Source: Candidatus Latescibacterota bacterium
GTDB taxonomy: Bacteria > Latescibacterota > UBA2968 > UBA8231
Assembly: GCA_965203175.1 (NCBI GenBank)
Contig: OZ241867.1
Location: 4,288,001 to 4,352,000 of the forward strand
Direction of reading: 5' to 3'
DNA: 64,000 nt
Shown here one piece after another: positions 1 through 9,155 of this stretch (position 1 is its first letter; the number at the start of each line of letters is the position of its first letter). Both the position numbers and the translations under genes were made by a program. The notes below the pieces were generated by a model that worked only from the letters and a program-made list of their open reading frames with translations, was not told the origin of the DNA and did not search any database.

Positions 1-3
1 GAG

Positions 4-1581
4 GTGGCACCGCGTCTGAGTCGCGCTTGGGCTGGGGAAGAACAGCGGCTGCGCGTGTACGAGCAGGTGCAGACGTGCATTGACCGCTACCGCGGTCAAT
101 GCTTGCGGCACGGGTTGCTCGACGCATCACTGGTCTTTGAGGTCTGCAATCGCCACCTGATCGCGCAAGAGGAGTTCTGGCGCTATTTCACCGAGCGCTA
201 TCGCCACCTCTTGGTTGACTCAGCCGAGGAACTGGTGCCGGTGGCCGGCGATCTAGTGGGGAGACTCTTGCCGAGGTGCGATTCGGCCCTATTGGGCGGA
301 GATGCACAAGCTGGCTTTCGCATCTTTTTAGGCGTTGATGCCCCTGGTGCCGCTGAGCTACAGCAGCAGTGTACGGAGACGATTGCCGTGGTTCCGGATG
401 TATGCGCCAGCCGGGATATGGTGGCCTTTGCCGACCGCATTGGTGCGAAGTTGGGTCAGGTAACTGACGGAGTCTCGGAAGGATCGCCGCGGCAGGCGGT
501 GGCGGATGTAGTGCAGGCCCGTTACCGAGGGCAGATGATCGAGGCCGTGGCCCAGCGGATTGTCCAGAAAATCGCCGAGGGCGTGGCTCCGGGCGAAATT
601 GCGGTCGTGGCTCCGCACGCCGACGGGGTGTTGCGCTTCCTCTTGTCTGAGACTTTTCGCGCCGCGGATATTCCCTTTGCGATTGTGCGGCGCTACGAGA
701 CGCTGCGCGAAGAGCCGGTGGTGCGAGCCTGTCTGGCGCTGGCCATTCTCGCTCATCCCGATTGGGGACAGCGGCTCTCGCTCTTTGATTTGTCCGGGGC
801 GTTGGAGCGGGCGCTCAAGCCCCTGGACCGGCTGCGGGCCGAGTTGATTGCGCGACACTTGTATGATTCGCGTTCAGGCCAACTCAAACCTGCGAGCGAG
901 TTGAATGCCGCGATGGGTGAGCGGATCGGCAGAGCCGCGCTCGCTCGCTACGAGGCTCTGCGCGCCTGGATCGAGGTGTATCGCGGTGGTGGGGCCGACC
1001 CTTGGGACCACTTTTTGCGCCGGCTCTTCGGGGAAGTGTTGTCGCACGCCGCGCTGGAGCCTGAAGAAGCCGAGGTGTACAGCAAGTTGATCGCTTCGGC
1101 TGCCTCATTCCGCGAGGTAGCCCCGGCCATGGCGCTAGAAGGCGCGACCATTGGCCAGCGCTACGTCGAGATGATATGGTCTGGGGTCGTCGCTGCTCAA
1201 TACCTGACCGATGTCGATCTCGACGAGGCTCCAGAGTCCATTGCCCTCGTCGCTCCGGTCTATACCTATTTGCTCTCCGGCCATGTGGCGCGCTACCAGT
1301 TCTGGCTGGATATTGGCTCGGCTAACTGGTGGGAGCCTCTGCACCAGCCCTTGACCAACCACTACGTACTGACCCGGCGCTGGAACTCGGAGGAACGTTG
1401 GACCGACGCCGTGGATTACTCGATCCGCAACCGCAACCTCTATCGCTTGGTGCGGGGCCTGTGTTTGCGCTGCCGCGACGGGATCTACCTCTGCGCCAGC
1501 GAGTCGGAAGGGCACGGCTCGGCGCAGGACGGGCCGCTGATGATGGCGGTGCAACAGGTCCTACAGGAGGGGCGCGCGTGA
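4..1581 (+). CDS. Degenerate (probably inactive) UvrD/SF1 helicase-like protein, probably 5'-truncated by the window edge
   Basis: SF1-like layout with decayed motifs (RYRHLLVDSAEE at Walker B, LGGDAQAG at motif III, EIAVVAP). Stop overlaps the next start (GTGA 1578-1581). Confidence 0.6.
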   Translation: MAPRLSRAWAGEEQRLRVYEQVQTCIDRYRGQCLRHGLLDASLVFEVCNRHLIAQEEFWRYFTERYRHLLVDSAEELVPVAGDLVGRLLPRCDSALLGGDAQAGFRIFLGVDAPGAAELQQQCTETIAVVPDVCASRDMVAFADRIGAKLGQVTDGVSEGSPRQAVADVVQARYRGQMIEAVAQRIVQKIAEGVAPGEIAVVAPHADGVLRFLLSETFRAADIPFAIVRRYETLREEPVVRACLALAILAHPDWGQRLSLFDLSGALERALKPLDRLRAELIARHLYDSRSGQLKPASELNAAMGERIGRAALARYEALRAWIEVYRGGGADPWDHFLRRLFGEVLSHAALEPEEAEVYSKLIASAASFREVAPAMALEGATIGQRYVEMIWSGVVAAQYLTDVDLDEAPESIALVAPVYTYLLSGHVARYQFWLDIGSANWWEPLHQPLTNHYVLTRRWNSEERWTDAVDYSIRNRNLYRLVRGLCLRCRDGIYLCASESEGHGSAQDGPLMMAVQQVLQEGRA

Positions 1582-3776
1582 GGTTTGAGCCGCGCGCGGG
1601 GCAGCGCGAGATCTTGGCCTACCAAGGCGGCCTGCTAGGCGTATCAGCCGTGCCCGGTAGCGGCAAGACCGCCGCGATTGTCGCCTTGGCGACTCGGCTG
1701 ATCGCCGAGAGGCGCGCTGAGGGGGGGCAGGTGCTGATCGTAACCTACCAGAATGCGGCCGTGGATAATGTCCGCGCTCGGATCGCCCAGCGCTTGCAAG
1801 AGATGGACAGGCTACCGGTCGGCTACGACGTGCGGACTCTGCACAGCTTGGCCTACGGCATCGTCCAAGCCAACCCTGGGTTGGTGGGGGCTGTGGCCGA
1901 GTTCACGGTACTCGACGAACGCGCTAGCGAGAGCCTGCTCGACAAGGCGGTGCGGACCTGGAACGACGACAACAAGGGGGTGTGGGGTCGATTGGGGCCT
2001 GGGGAATACGTAGATCAGCAGTGGGAGCAGGAGTGGCGCGACATTGCGCGGAAAGTCGCCCGCACGGTCATTACCACGGCCAAAAATCGCCGGCTGCGGG
2101 CCGAGGACCTCTTGGCGCGGCTTGGCGGTCGGGAGGACGGCGACCCGTTTTTGCGGATCGGCGCGGAAATCTACCAGCTCTACCAGCAGCAAGTCGAGAC
2201 CATCGGCGGCCTCGACTTCGACGACTTGGTGTGGATGGCCGTAGAGATGTTGCAGCAATACCCGGATTTGTGCCGCCGCTACCGGCGGCGTTGGCCCTTT
2301 GTCTTGGAGGATGAGGCGCAAGACAGCGTCCCCTTGCAGGAGGAACTGATCGCGCTATTGGTGGGGCCGGGCGGCAATTGGATCCGGGTCGGTGACCCCA
2401 ATCAGGCGATTATGAGCACCTTCACCGCGGCCGATCCGCGCTATTTGCGCGACTTCTTGGAGCGCGAAGATGTCGCGGTCGCAGAGATGACGATCTCCGG
2501 CCGCTGCGCCCCCAAGATCATGGCTTTGGCCAACTTTTTGGTCGATTGGGCTGCGGTCGAACACCCATTGGCCGAGGTGCGCCAGCGCGCTTTCCGTCCC
2601 CAGCAGATGCAGCCCACCGATCGCGGCGATCCCCAGCAAAACCCCGCAGACGCGGACAGTGCCATAGGACTCCGCGAATACAACAACCGCCACGATGAAT
2701 TCGACAGCATTGCGCGCCGGGCCAAGGGCTTTGCCGAAAGCAATCCGAATCTGACGGTAGCGGTGCTAGTACCGACTAACCGCATCGGCTACGACATGGC
2801 CGAGCGCTTGCGCCAAGCCGGAGCGGACTTCGACGAGGTGCTGCAAAGCCCGCGCTCGGCACGGCGGGTGGGTGAGGCTCTGTGCATAGTGTTAGATTTT
2901 CTCGCTGATCCTTTGGGACGCAATCAGTTAGAGAGATCCTATCGCGCCTTGGTCGGCTTTTGGCCCGGGCCGAGTGGGCCGGGGAACGAGGAGGCCGTGG
3001 CCATGTTGTTGCGCAGTTGCTATCGGCCCGAAGCGCTGCTCTACCCGGAGGCTGGTCAGCGCATGGAAGCGGCCCTACCCCCAGTGGAACACATAGAGCC
3101 GCAGGATTTGGAGGCCATTGGCCTCTTGTGTGGTTATCTGCGGCGCTGGCTGCGGGCGGTTGCGCTGCCGGTAGATCAGCTTCTGATGACGGTTGCCCAA
3201 GATCTGCTGCAGGAAGAGGATATGGCGCGGGCGCAGCAACTAGCGGTCTATGTGCGCACTCGTGCCGACCAAAACGCAGACTGGCAATTGCCCGAGTTGG
3301 TGCGCGAGTTGAGCGAGGCCGTGCAGGGTCGGGCGGGTGTGCTTGCCGAGGCGGATGATGCATTGGCACCTCAGCCCGGGCGGATTTTCCTGACGACCAT
3401 GCACAAGGCCAAGGGGATGGAGTGGGATCTGGTATATGTCATGGGGGTTGATGGCGACTGGTTTCCCCACGACCTCGACGCGCGGTTTTTGGGCGAGTAC
3501 GAATTCTTAGGCGGCGATCCCTGCGAGGATGCAAAGGCCGAACTGTTGGACCTGATCGGCGAAATCGGGTCGAGCCGGCTGTCGGCCACCGATCGCTCCC
3601 ACGCCGAGGTGATCGCCGAGCGGCTGCGGCTGCTCTACGTGGCCATCACCCGTGCGCGGCGCTATTTAGTCTTGAGTTGGAGCCGTCAGATTCCGCGTGT
3701 GACGCGCACACAGCCCGTGCCCATGGCGGAGGTGTTCCGCCAGTTGCAACTCTATATCGAGCAGCGGAGCCGATGA
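1578..3776 (+). CDS. ATP-dependent DNA helicase, UvrD/REP (SF1A) family
   Basis: Walker A AVPGSGKT, Walker B LEDEAQD, motif III VGDPNQAI, TTMHKAKGMEWD, ERLRLLYVAITRAR. Start moved to GTG 1578 (AGGAGG upstream, GTGA overlap). Confidence 0.9.
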   Translation: MRFEPRAGQREILAYQGGLLGVSAVPGSGKTAAIVALATRLIAERRAEGGQVLIVTYQNAAVDNVRARIAQRLQEMDRLPVGYDVRTLHSLAYGIVQANPGLVGAVAEFTVLDERASESLLDKAVRTWNDDNKGVWGRLGPGEYVDQQWEQEWRDIARKVARTVITTAKNRRLRAEDLLARLGGREDGDPFLRIGAEIYQLYQQQVETIGGLDFDDLVWMAVEMLQQYPDLCRRYRRRWPFVLEDEAQDSVPLQEELIALLVGPGGNWIRVGDPNQAIMSTFTAADPRYLRDFLEREDVAVAEMTISGRCAPKIMALANFLVDWAAVEHPLAEVRQRAFRPQQMQPTDRGDPQQNPADADSAIGLREYNNRHDEFDSIARRAKGFAESNPNLTVAVLVPTNRIGYDMAERLRQAGADFDEVLQSPRSARRVGEALCIVLDFLADPLGRNQLERSYRALVGFWPGPSGPGNEEAVAMLLRSCYRPEALLYPEAGQRMEAALPPVEHIEPQDLEAIGLLCGYLRRWLRAVALPVDQLLMTVAQDLLQEEDMARAQQLAVYVRTRADQNADWQLPELVRELSEAVQGRAGVLAEADDALAPQPGRIFLTTMHKAKGMEWDLVYVMGVDGDWFPHDLDARFLGEYEFLGGDPCEDAKAELLDLIGEIGSSRLSATDRSHAEVIAERLRLLYVAITRARRYLVLSWSRQIPRVTRTQPVPMAEVFRQLQLYIEQRSR

Positions 3777-4576
3777 TACCGCAGGGATTCAATTACAGCC
3801 AGAGCAGTCTGACGGCCTTTGCGCGCTGTCGGCGGCAGTTCCTGTTGCGCTATGTCGAGCGGCTGGCGTGGCCAGCGCCGCTGACCGACCAGCTCGACGA
3901 ATGGGAAGCTGCCGCTGATCGGGGAAGGTCGTTTCACCAGTTCGTGTTGCAGGAGAGCCTGGGCATGGATGTGGAGGACGCGGTGCAGCGGAGCCGCGAC
4001 CCGCTGTTGGCCGCTTGGTGGCGCAATTGGCGCGAGCAGCCGCCGGTTGTGCCCGAGGGAGCGGTGTTTGGGGAAACCATGCTCTCCGTGCCTCTGGCCG
4101 GGCGGCGTCTCGTCGCCAAGTTCGACCGCGTGGTACTGGCCGACGATGGGTGCGCTTGGATATTCGACTGGAAGACCGGCCGTAAGAAACCAGAGCAAGC
4201 CGCCTATGCCCAAAGCTGGCAAACGCTGGTTTATCGCTTTGTCCTAGTCGAGGCTGGCGCGGTCTTGAACGAGGGCCGCGCACTCGCGCCCGACGACGTG
4301 ACATTGGTCTATTGGCACGCGCAGTACCCGCAGGTTCTGCAGCCGATTACCTATTCAGCCGCCGAGCACGAGCGTGCGCGCGCGCTTTTGTCAGAGGCGA
4401 TTGCCGCCATTGAGGCCCTTCCAAATGCGGATGCGTACGCCAAAACCGACGACGAGGGCGAGTGCCAGCGCTGCGCATTTCACACCTATTGCAACCGGCC
4501 AGCGGCGCGGAGCGACGATTGGGACATCGACGAGGACGAGCTGGATTGGGAGCAGGTTCCCGAAGCAGAGCTTTGA
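3773..4576 (+). CDS. PD-(D/E)XK nuclease, AddB/Cas4-like, with predicted 4Fe-4S cluster
   Basis: SQSSLTAFARCRRQF, GRSFH, KFDRV, FDWKTG, Q..VY, and C-terminal CQRCAFHTYC. ATG 3773 overlaps the helicase stop (ATGA). Confidence 0.85.
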   Translation: MIPQGFNYSQSSLTAFARCRRQFLLRYVERLAWPAPLTDQLDEWEAAADRGRSFHQFVLQESLGMDVEDAVQRSRDPLLAAWWRNWREQPPVVPEGAVFGETMLSVPLAGRRLVAKFDRVVLADDGCAWIFDWKTGRKKPEQAAYAQSWQTLVYRFVLVEAGAVLNEGRALAPDDVTLVYWHAQYPQVLQPITYSAAEHERARALLSEAIAAIEALPNADAYAKTDDEGECQRCAFHTYCNRPAARSDDWDIDEDELDWEQVPEAEL

Positions 4577-4582
4577 CGCCGG

Positions 4583-6064
4583 TCAGCCTTTGAGCGCACC
4601 GAGCTGGATGCCGCGCACGAAGAACCGCTGGCCAAAGACAAAGAGCACGATCATTGGCAGCATCATCAGGACGCTCCCCGTCATCAAAAGCGAGTAGTTG
4701 GTTCCCTGTGACGAATCGAAGTAGCGCAGAGCTACCGGCAGGACTCGCATGTGCTCGGAGTGGGTGACGATCAGCGGCCACGTAAAGGACTGCCAAGTGC
4801 CCATAAAGGAGAAGATCGAGAGGGTGATTAGCGCCGGCTTGGACAGGGGCATGACGATGGTCCAGAAGGTCTTCCAGAGATTGGCACCGTCGATTTCAGC
4901 AGCCTCTTCGAGTCCTCTGGGCAGCCCGGTCATAAACTGGCGCATCATAAAGGTGCCAAAAGCGGTGAACATGGCTGGGATGATGAGCGCTTGGAACGAG
5001 TCGAGCCAGCCGAGGCTTTTGAGAATCACGTAATTGGGCAGCAAGGTGACGATCCCGGGGACCATCAAGGTGGCCAAGTAGAGTAGAAAGACGGCGTCGC
5101 GGTAGCGCCATTCGAGGCGGGCAAAGGCAAAGCCGGCCATGGCCGAGGTCACCACTTGGCCGACCATCACGCAGACGGCGACAAAGAGGCTGTTCCAGCC
5201 GTAGAGCGAAAACTTGATGTCCTTGTCGCGCAAAACCCGGATGTAGTTGGACCACATGAAGCGCGGCTCGCTGATTTGCAACACATCGCTGCCGTACGCG
5301 ATGCGCAGTTGGTCTTCGCCGGGGAAGCGGACGTAGAGGACATCGCCTCCGGCTTTTTCCGTCAGCGGGTCGTCGTCGCTTCTGAGCAGGGGAAAGGCCG
5401 AGCGAAAGGGAATGGTGTTGCCGTCGGCGTCGAGAATCGGCTCTTTGGCTTGGACGTCCAAAACCGGGTCCCCGACGCGATCCCAGGAGATATCGCGATA
5501 GGTGTAAGCCTCGCCGTTGGCGCGCAACAGCGGGGTGCCGTCAGCAAGTTCGACCGAGGCCGGCGGTAGCTGTTCGGCCGTGCGCCATTTCTGGCGCTGC
5601 TGCACGAGCCGCTGCTGCCACTTGTCGCGCAGGGCTTCGGTCAGCAGCAGGGGAGCACCATCAACGAGGACTGGGTTCCAGCGGTTTTTGTACACGGCGA
5701 TGCCGCCGCGCTCTTCGACGTTTTTGCCGGGGATGGGCTGGCTATCTGGGTCGTAGATTAGGCGGCCCTGCTGGTCGCGGATCGGGTCGCCGGGGGCACC
5801 GAGTATCACCGGGTTGCCGAGAGTGATGCGGATCGGCTCGCCTTGGCCGTCGAGCAGCGGTTGACCATCGCGAGTCCTCAGCAGGTCGCCTTCGTTGCCG
5901 AGGCGCACTTCCTGCGGCCAGACATGGCTCTGGAAAACCTCGTTTTCGCTCTTGAGCGAGGTGAGTACCATCCACAGGAACGGCACGAGCGTGGTGAAGC
6001 CGAAGAGGACGAGCAGCCCGTGGCTCAGCGAATGGATCGCGGTCGTTTGCGCAACTTTGGCCAT
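4583..6064 (-). CDS. Carbohydrate ABC transporter permease (MalG-like) with large extracytoplasmic insertion
   Basis: PFLWMVLTSLK, NSLFVA, MAGFAFARL, EAA loop LEEAAEIDGAN, C-terminal QRFFVRGI..GALKG. Confidence 0.9.
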   Translation of the reverse strand: MAKVAQTTAIHSLSHGLLVLFGFTTLVPFLWMVLTSLKSENEVFQSHVWPQEVRLGNEGDLLRTRDGQPLLDGQGEPIRITLGNPVILGAPGDPIRDQQGRLIYDPDSQPIPGKNVEERGGIAVYKNRWNPVLVDGAPLLLTEALRDKWQQRLVQQRQKWRTAEQLPPASVELADGTPLLRANGEAYTYRDISWDRVGDPVLDVQAKEPILDADGNTIPFRSAFPLLRSDDDPLTEKAGGDVLYVRFPGEDQLRIAYGSDVLQISEPRFMWSNYIRVLRDKDIKFSLYGWNSLFVAVCVMVGQVVTSAMAGFAFARLEWRYRDAVFLLYLATLMVPGIVTLLPNYVILKSLGWLDSFQALIIPAMFTAFGTFMMRQFMTGLPRGLEEAAEIDGANLWKTFWTIVMPLSKPALITLSIFSFMGTWQSFTWPLIVTHSEHMRVLPVALRYFDSSQGTNYSLLMTGSVLMMLPMIVLFVFGQRFFVRGIQLGALKG

Positions 6065-6076
6065 GCGCCTTTTCCC

Positions 6077-7234
6077 TCAGTTGACCGCGCCCCGACCGAA
6101 GCGCCAGTTGAACAGCGTGATAGTGAATATGATGACGAACATAAACCAAGCCACCGCGGCCGCGTACCCGAACTCTAGGTTTTCAAAGGCCGAGCGGTAG
6201 ATGTAGTAGCCGAGCGTGACCGTGTTGTCCCCGTCCTTGCCCGGGCCGCCATTGGTCATCAAATAGGCGATCTCAAAGCCCCCTTGCAGCCCACCGATAA
6301 TGGACATGACACATATAAAAAAGGTCGTCGGGGCGATCATCGGCCACGTGATGTGCCAAAATTGCTGCCACTTGGAGGCTCCGTCGATGTCCGAGGCTTC
6401 GTACAGCTCCTCGGGCACATTGGCTAGGGCCGCGAGGTAGAGGATCATATTGCCCCCGCCCATGGACGCCCAGATACCCATAAAGATGATGGCCGTCTTG
6501 GCCCAATAGGCGGCTTGTTCTAGGCCGAGCCAAGAGAGCCAGCCCAAATCGACGCTGCTGGAAAGCCAATTGGGCAAGTCGTCGATGCTGTTGAGACCAG
6601 CGAGGAGGGCCATGCGTCCCGACAGCCAAGCCCACGGGCCGCCGTACTCGTATAGACCGCTGACGACCCAGTAGAGTGTAGTGGCCGAGAGGAGTGCAAA
6701 CAGGACTTGGGCCGGTCGTTCAGACATGGCTTTGCGCGCTAGGGATTGTAGGACCAAACCTACCAGTACCAGTACCGCAACGCGCACGGCGAGCGAGAAG
6801 TAGGGCCAAGAGAGCACGGGCAGCAGGACTGAGTTGACGAGGCCGTACTTGGGATTGTAGAGCCACTTCCAGAGCAAGAACAGCGCGACCCCATTGGTGA
6901 CGGTGGGGAGGTAGAAGACCGTGCGATAGATGATGATGCCGCGCAACTTTTGCGAAAGGACGATAGCCAAGAGGAGCGAGCCGCCGATGGACAGGGGCAA
7001 GCCTATCATGAGAAAGACCGTGTTGTAGAGATAAAACCAGAGCTTGGGATCGGTCAGCAGCCGAATAAAATTGTCAAAGCCAATGAAACGCGGCGCAGAG
7101 AACGTGTCCCACTGAAAGAACGCGAGGCCAAAGGAGAACAGCACCGGCAGGGACGTGAAGATCAAGAACCCGGTCAGATTGGGCGCGAGAAAGAGCAGCG
7201 CCCAGCGCAGAATTCTCTTTTCGCGGGGCTTCAA
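6077..7234 (-). CDS. Carbohydrate ABC transporter permease (MalF/UgpA-like)
   Basis: FLAPNL, FIGFDNF, YRTVFYLP, EAA loop LYEASDIDGAS, HITWPMIAP, GYAAAVAW. Confidence 0.9.
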   Translation of the reverse strand: MKPREKRILRWALLFLAPNLTGFLIFTSLPVLFSFGLAFFQWDTFSAPRFIGFDNFIRLLTDPKLWFYLYNTVFLMIGLPLSIGGSLLLAIVLSQKLRGIIIYRTVFYLPTVTNGVALFLLWKWLYNPKYGLVNSVLLPVLSWPYFSLAVRVAVLVLVGLVLQSLARKAMSERPAQVLFALLSATTLYWVVSGLYEYGGPWAWLSGRMALLAGLNSIDDLPNWLSSSVDLGWLSWLGLEQAAYWAKTAIIFMGIWASMGGGNMILYLAALANVPEELYEASDIDGASKWQQFWHITWPMIAPTTFFICVMSIIGGLQGGFEIAYLMTNGGPGKDGDNTVTLGYYIYRSAFENLEFGYAAAVAWFMFVIIFTITLFNWRFGRGAVN

Positions 7235-8940
7235 GCGTCCATCTCCGCGCGTTGCCGCCGCGCGTAAAACGCCAAGCCGACGCCGATTGCCCCTAGAAGG
7301 ATCGCGATCCCGAGGAGATCGAGTGCGTGGCTGCGGCTGGAGAGCGTGCGGTTGCGCTTGGACTTGGCCAAGGACTCGCGCATACGGACGGACATTTCAG
7401 TGACAGCCGCTTGACCGACCGTGGGGTTGCTCACCACGCTCTGGTCGGGCATGCGGCCGAGGAATTGGTAGGTCTGGCGGGCCGTTGAGTCGGTGGGCTG
7501 ATAAGCCGCGTTGATGAGGTTGGTGCCCAAGGCGCCCTGCAAACGGGTAATGTCAAAAGCGGCTCCGTAGGCTGCGGCCTGCTCTGCGACCGGGTGTTCC
7601 ATGGCGTCGAGCAGGGCCGAGCGGTGTTGATCCTCATCGGGGAACTCAGGGTCGGGCTGGGAGAAATAGCGCACCGAGAATTGCTTGCGGCTGCCGAAGG
7701 CATCTGCGTCCTTGGTCAACAAGTTGTTGAAATCCGGGCTGGACAGATATTCCAAGAAGTAAAAGGCCTCCCGCTCGTGCTGCGTGCCCTTGCGAATGGC
7801 CGTCACGCGTCCGCCCATCTCGCCCGCCTTGCCCCGGTAGCGACCGGTCTCACTGATCTCGCCCCAAGGGCCGTCGCGCAGACTCGAGTTGGCGCGGATC
7901 TCGGGATCGCTCATCCAGCGCTCCCACTCCTCATAGGGCACGTAGCGGGGCATGGGGTAAATTTCGGTAGTAAAACGGGCCTCGCGACGCACCTTGATCA
8001 GCCCCCAGCGGCCGATGAGGATAGTGCCCAGTTTGCCCGCCGAATACAGCCCCAAGATGGATTGCCCGCCCCAACCGCCTCCACCTGTTTGCGCGGATTG
8101 GTCTTCGGCTGAGGGCACGACGTGGAAGGTGTTGACCAAATCGTACAGATATTGGGCGGCTATGGCACCGGCTGGAGAATCAAGGGCGATTTCAGTGCCA
8201 TCGTCGCTGAGGAAGCTGCCACCGGCCTGGTAGATGAAGTTGTTCAACCCCCCGCCAAAGCCCGCCCCGCCCGAGCCAAAGGTTTCATAGCGCCGGCCAT
8301 CGGCGCTCTTTTTGGTGAGGGCCTGACACAAGAGGACGTAGTCCCACCAAGTCCAGTGATTCCACGGCAAGGGTGGCATGGCCAAGCCCCGTGCTTGGCG
8401 CTCGCGCTGGACTGCGTCGTAGAGCGAGCGGTTGAGAAAGGTGACGCTGACGGTGACGTTGTTGGGGACGGCGTAGATGCGAAAGCGCTCGTATTCGTCG
8501 GCCTCGGCCGGCGCACCGGCCACGGGCACGGCGAGGGCGTTGCGCCGATGCAGCCAGAAATCGTCGAGGCTTAGCTTGGCCTCGTGCATGTAGTCGTTTA
8601 GTTCGACCATGACGCCCTTGGAAGCATAGAGCGCAAAGGTCGCATAACTATAAATGTCGAAGACGTCCGGACCGGAGCCGGCCGCTGCTTGGGTGAGGAT
8701 CTTTTGCACATCCGCGCTTGGGTCGAGGACGACGCGCACTTTCTTGTCTTCGTAGAGCCGGTTGAAGAGAGCCATTTGTTCGGTGCGCGCCGGGTTGGGG
8801 TCAGAGGCCCAGCGGATGACAGTGTACTCGCCGCCCGCAGACGGATCGTCTGGATAGACGGATAAGACCCAGCGGTTAAGGGCGTACCAACCGACCAAAA
8901 TCAGGGTGAGGACGGCGATAGTCGTAGATAGATCGCGCAA
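7231..8940 (-). CDS. Extracellular solute-binding protein of sugar ABC transporter
   Basis: SBP family 1-like motifs (AAGSGPDVF, IYAVP, FLNRSLY, WTWWDY, EAFYFLEYL). N-terminal hydrophobic helix. Directly upstream of two permeases. Confidence 0.8.
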   Translation of the reverse strand: MRDLSTTIAVLTLILVGWYALNRWVLSVYPDDPSAGGEYTVIRWASDPNPARTEQMALFNRLYEDKKVRVVLDPSADVQKILTQAAAGSGPDVFDIYSYATFALYASKGVMVELNDYMHEAKLSLDDFWLHRRNALAVPVAGAPAEADEYERFRIYAVPNNVTVSVTFLNRSLYDAVQRERQARGLAMPPLPWNHWTWWDYVLLCQALTKKSADGRRYETFGSGGAGFGGGLNNFIYQAGGSFLSDDGTEIALDSPAGAIAAQYLYDLVNTFHVVPSAEDQSAQTGGGGWGGQSILGLYSAGKLGTILIGRWGLIKVRREARFTTEIYPMPRYVPYEEWERWMSDPEIRANSSLRDGPWGEISETGRYRGKAGEMGGRVTAIRKGTQHEREAFYFLEYLSSPDFNNLLTKDADAFGSRKQFSVRYFSQPDPEFPDEDQHRSALLDAMEHPVAEQAAAYGAAFDITRLQGALGTNLINAAYQPTDSTARQTYQFLGRMPDQSVVSNPTVGQAAVTEMSVRMRESLAKSKRNRTLSSRSHALDLLGIAILLGAIGVGLAFYARRQRAEMDA

Positions 8941-8976
8941 GAAAAACCCCGTTGAGGATGCGAGGCGAAAGGGCCA

Positions 8977-9004
8977 AGTGTAAAAAAAAACGCCGGATTG
9001 TCAA
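8977..9004 (-). promoter_or_regulatory. Putative sigma70 promoter for the ABC transporter operon
   Basis: Minus strand TTGACA (9004-8999), 16 nt, TACACT (8982-8977), about 37 nt before the start at 8940. Confidence 0.55.
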
Positions 9005-9072
9005 TGTGGTAAAGAGGTGCTCTTGATCTTTAGAGAGATAACTATAACTAAAAATCGATAATAATAATTAGC

Positions 9073-9101
9073 TTGACAGGCAGGCGGACAGTCCATAGAT
9101 T
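9073..9101 (+). promoter_or_regulatory. Putative sigma70 promoter for the envelope cluster
   Basis: TTGACA (9073-9078), 17 nt, TAGATT (9096-9101), preceded by an AT-rich UP-like tract. RBS AAGGAGG lies before TTG 9156. Confidence 0.7.
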
Positions 9102-9155
9102 GAGCACTTCGTCTCTCGCTCTATCAACCTTGAACCTTGCCAAAGGAGGTTTCCC

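Noticed and set aside
1329-1577. N-terminal extension of the helicase ORF (likewise the 3677, 12882, 23283, 55429 and 59390 starts)
   Set aside because: Downstream starts have an RBS, stop/start overlap or signal peptide; the extensions overlap upstream genes or look non-coding.
3773-4576. Cas4 as part of a CRISPR system
   Set aside because: No cas1/cas2 or array. It is coupled to helicases, which fits an AddB-like nuclease better.
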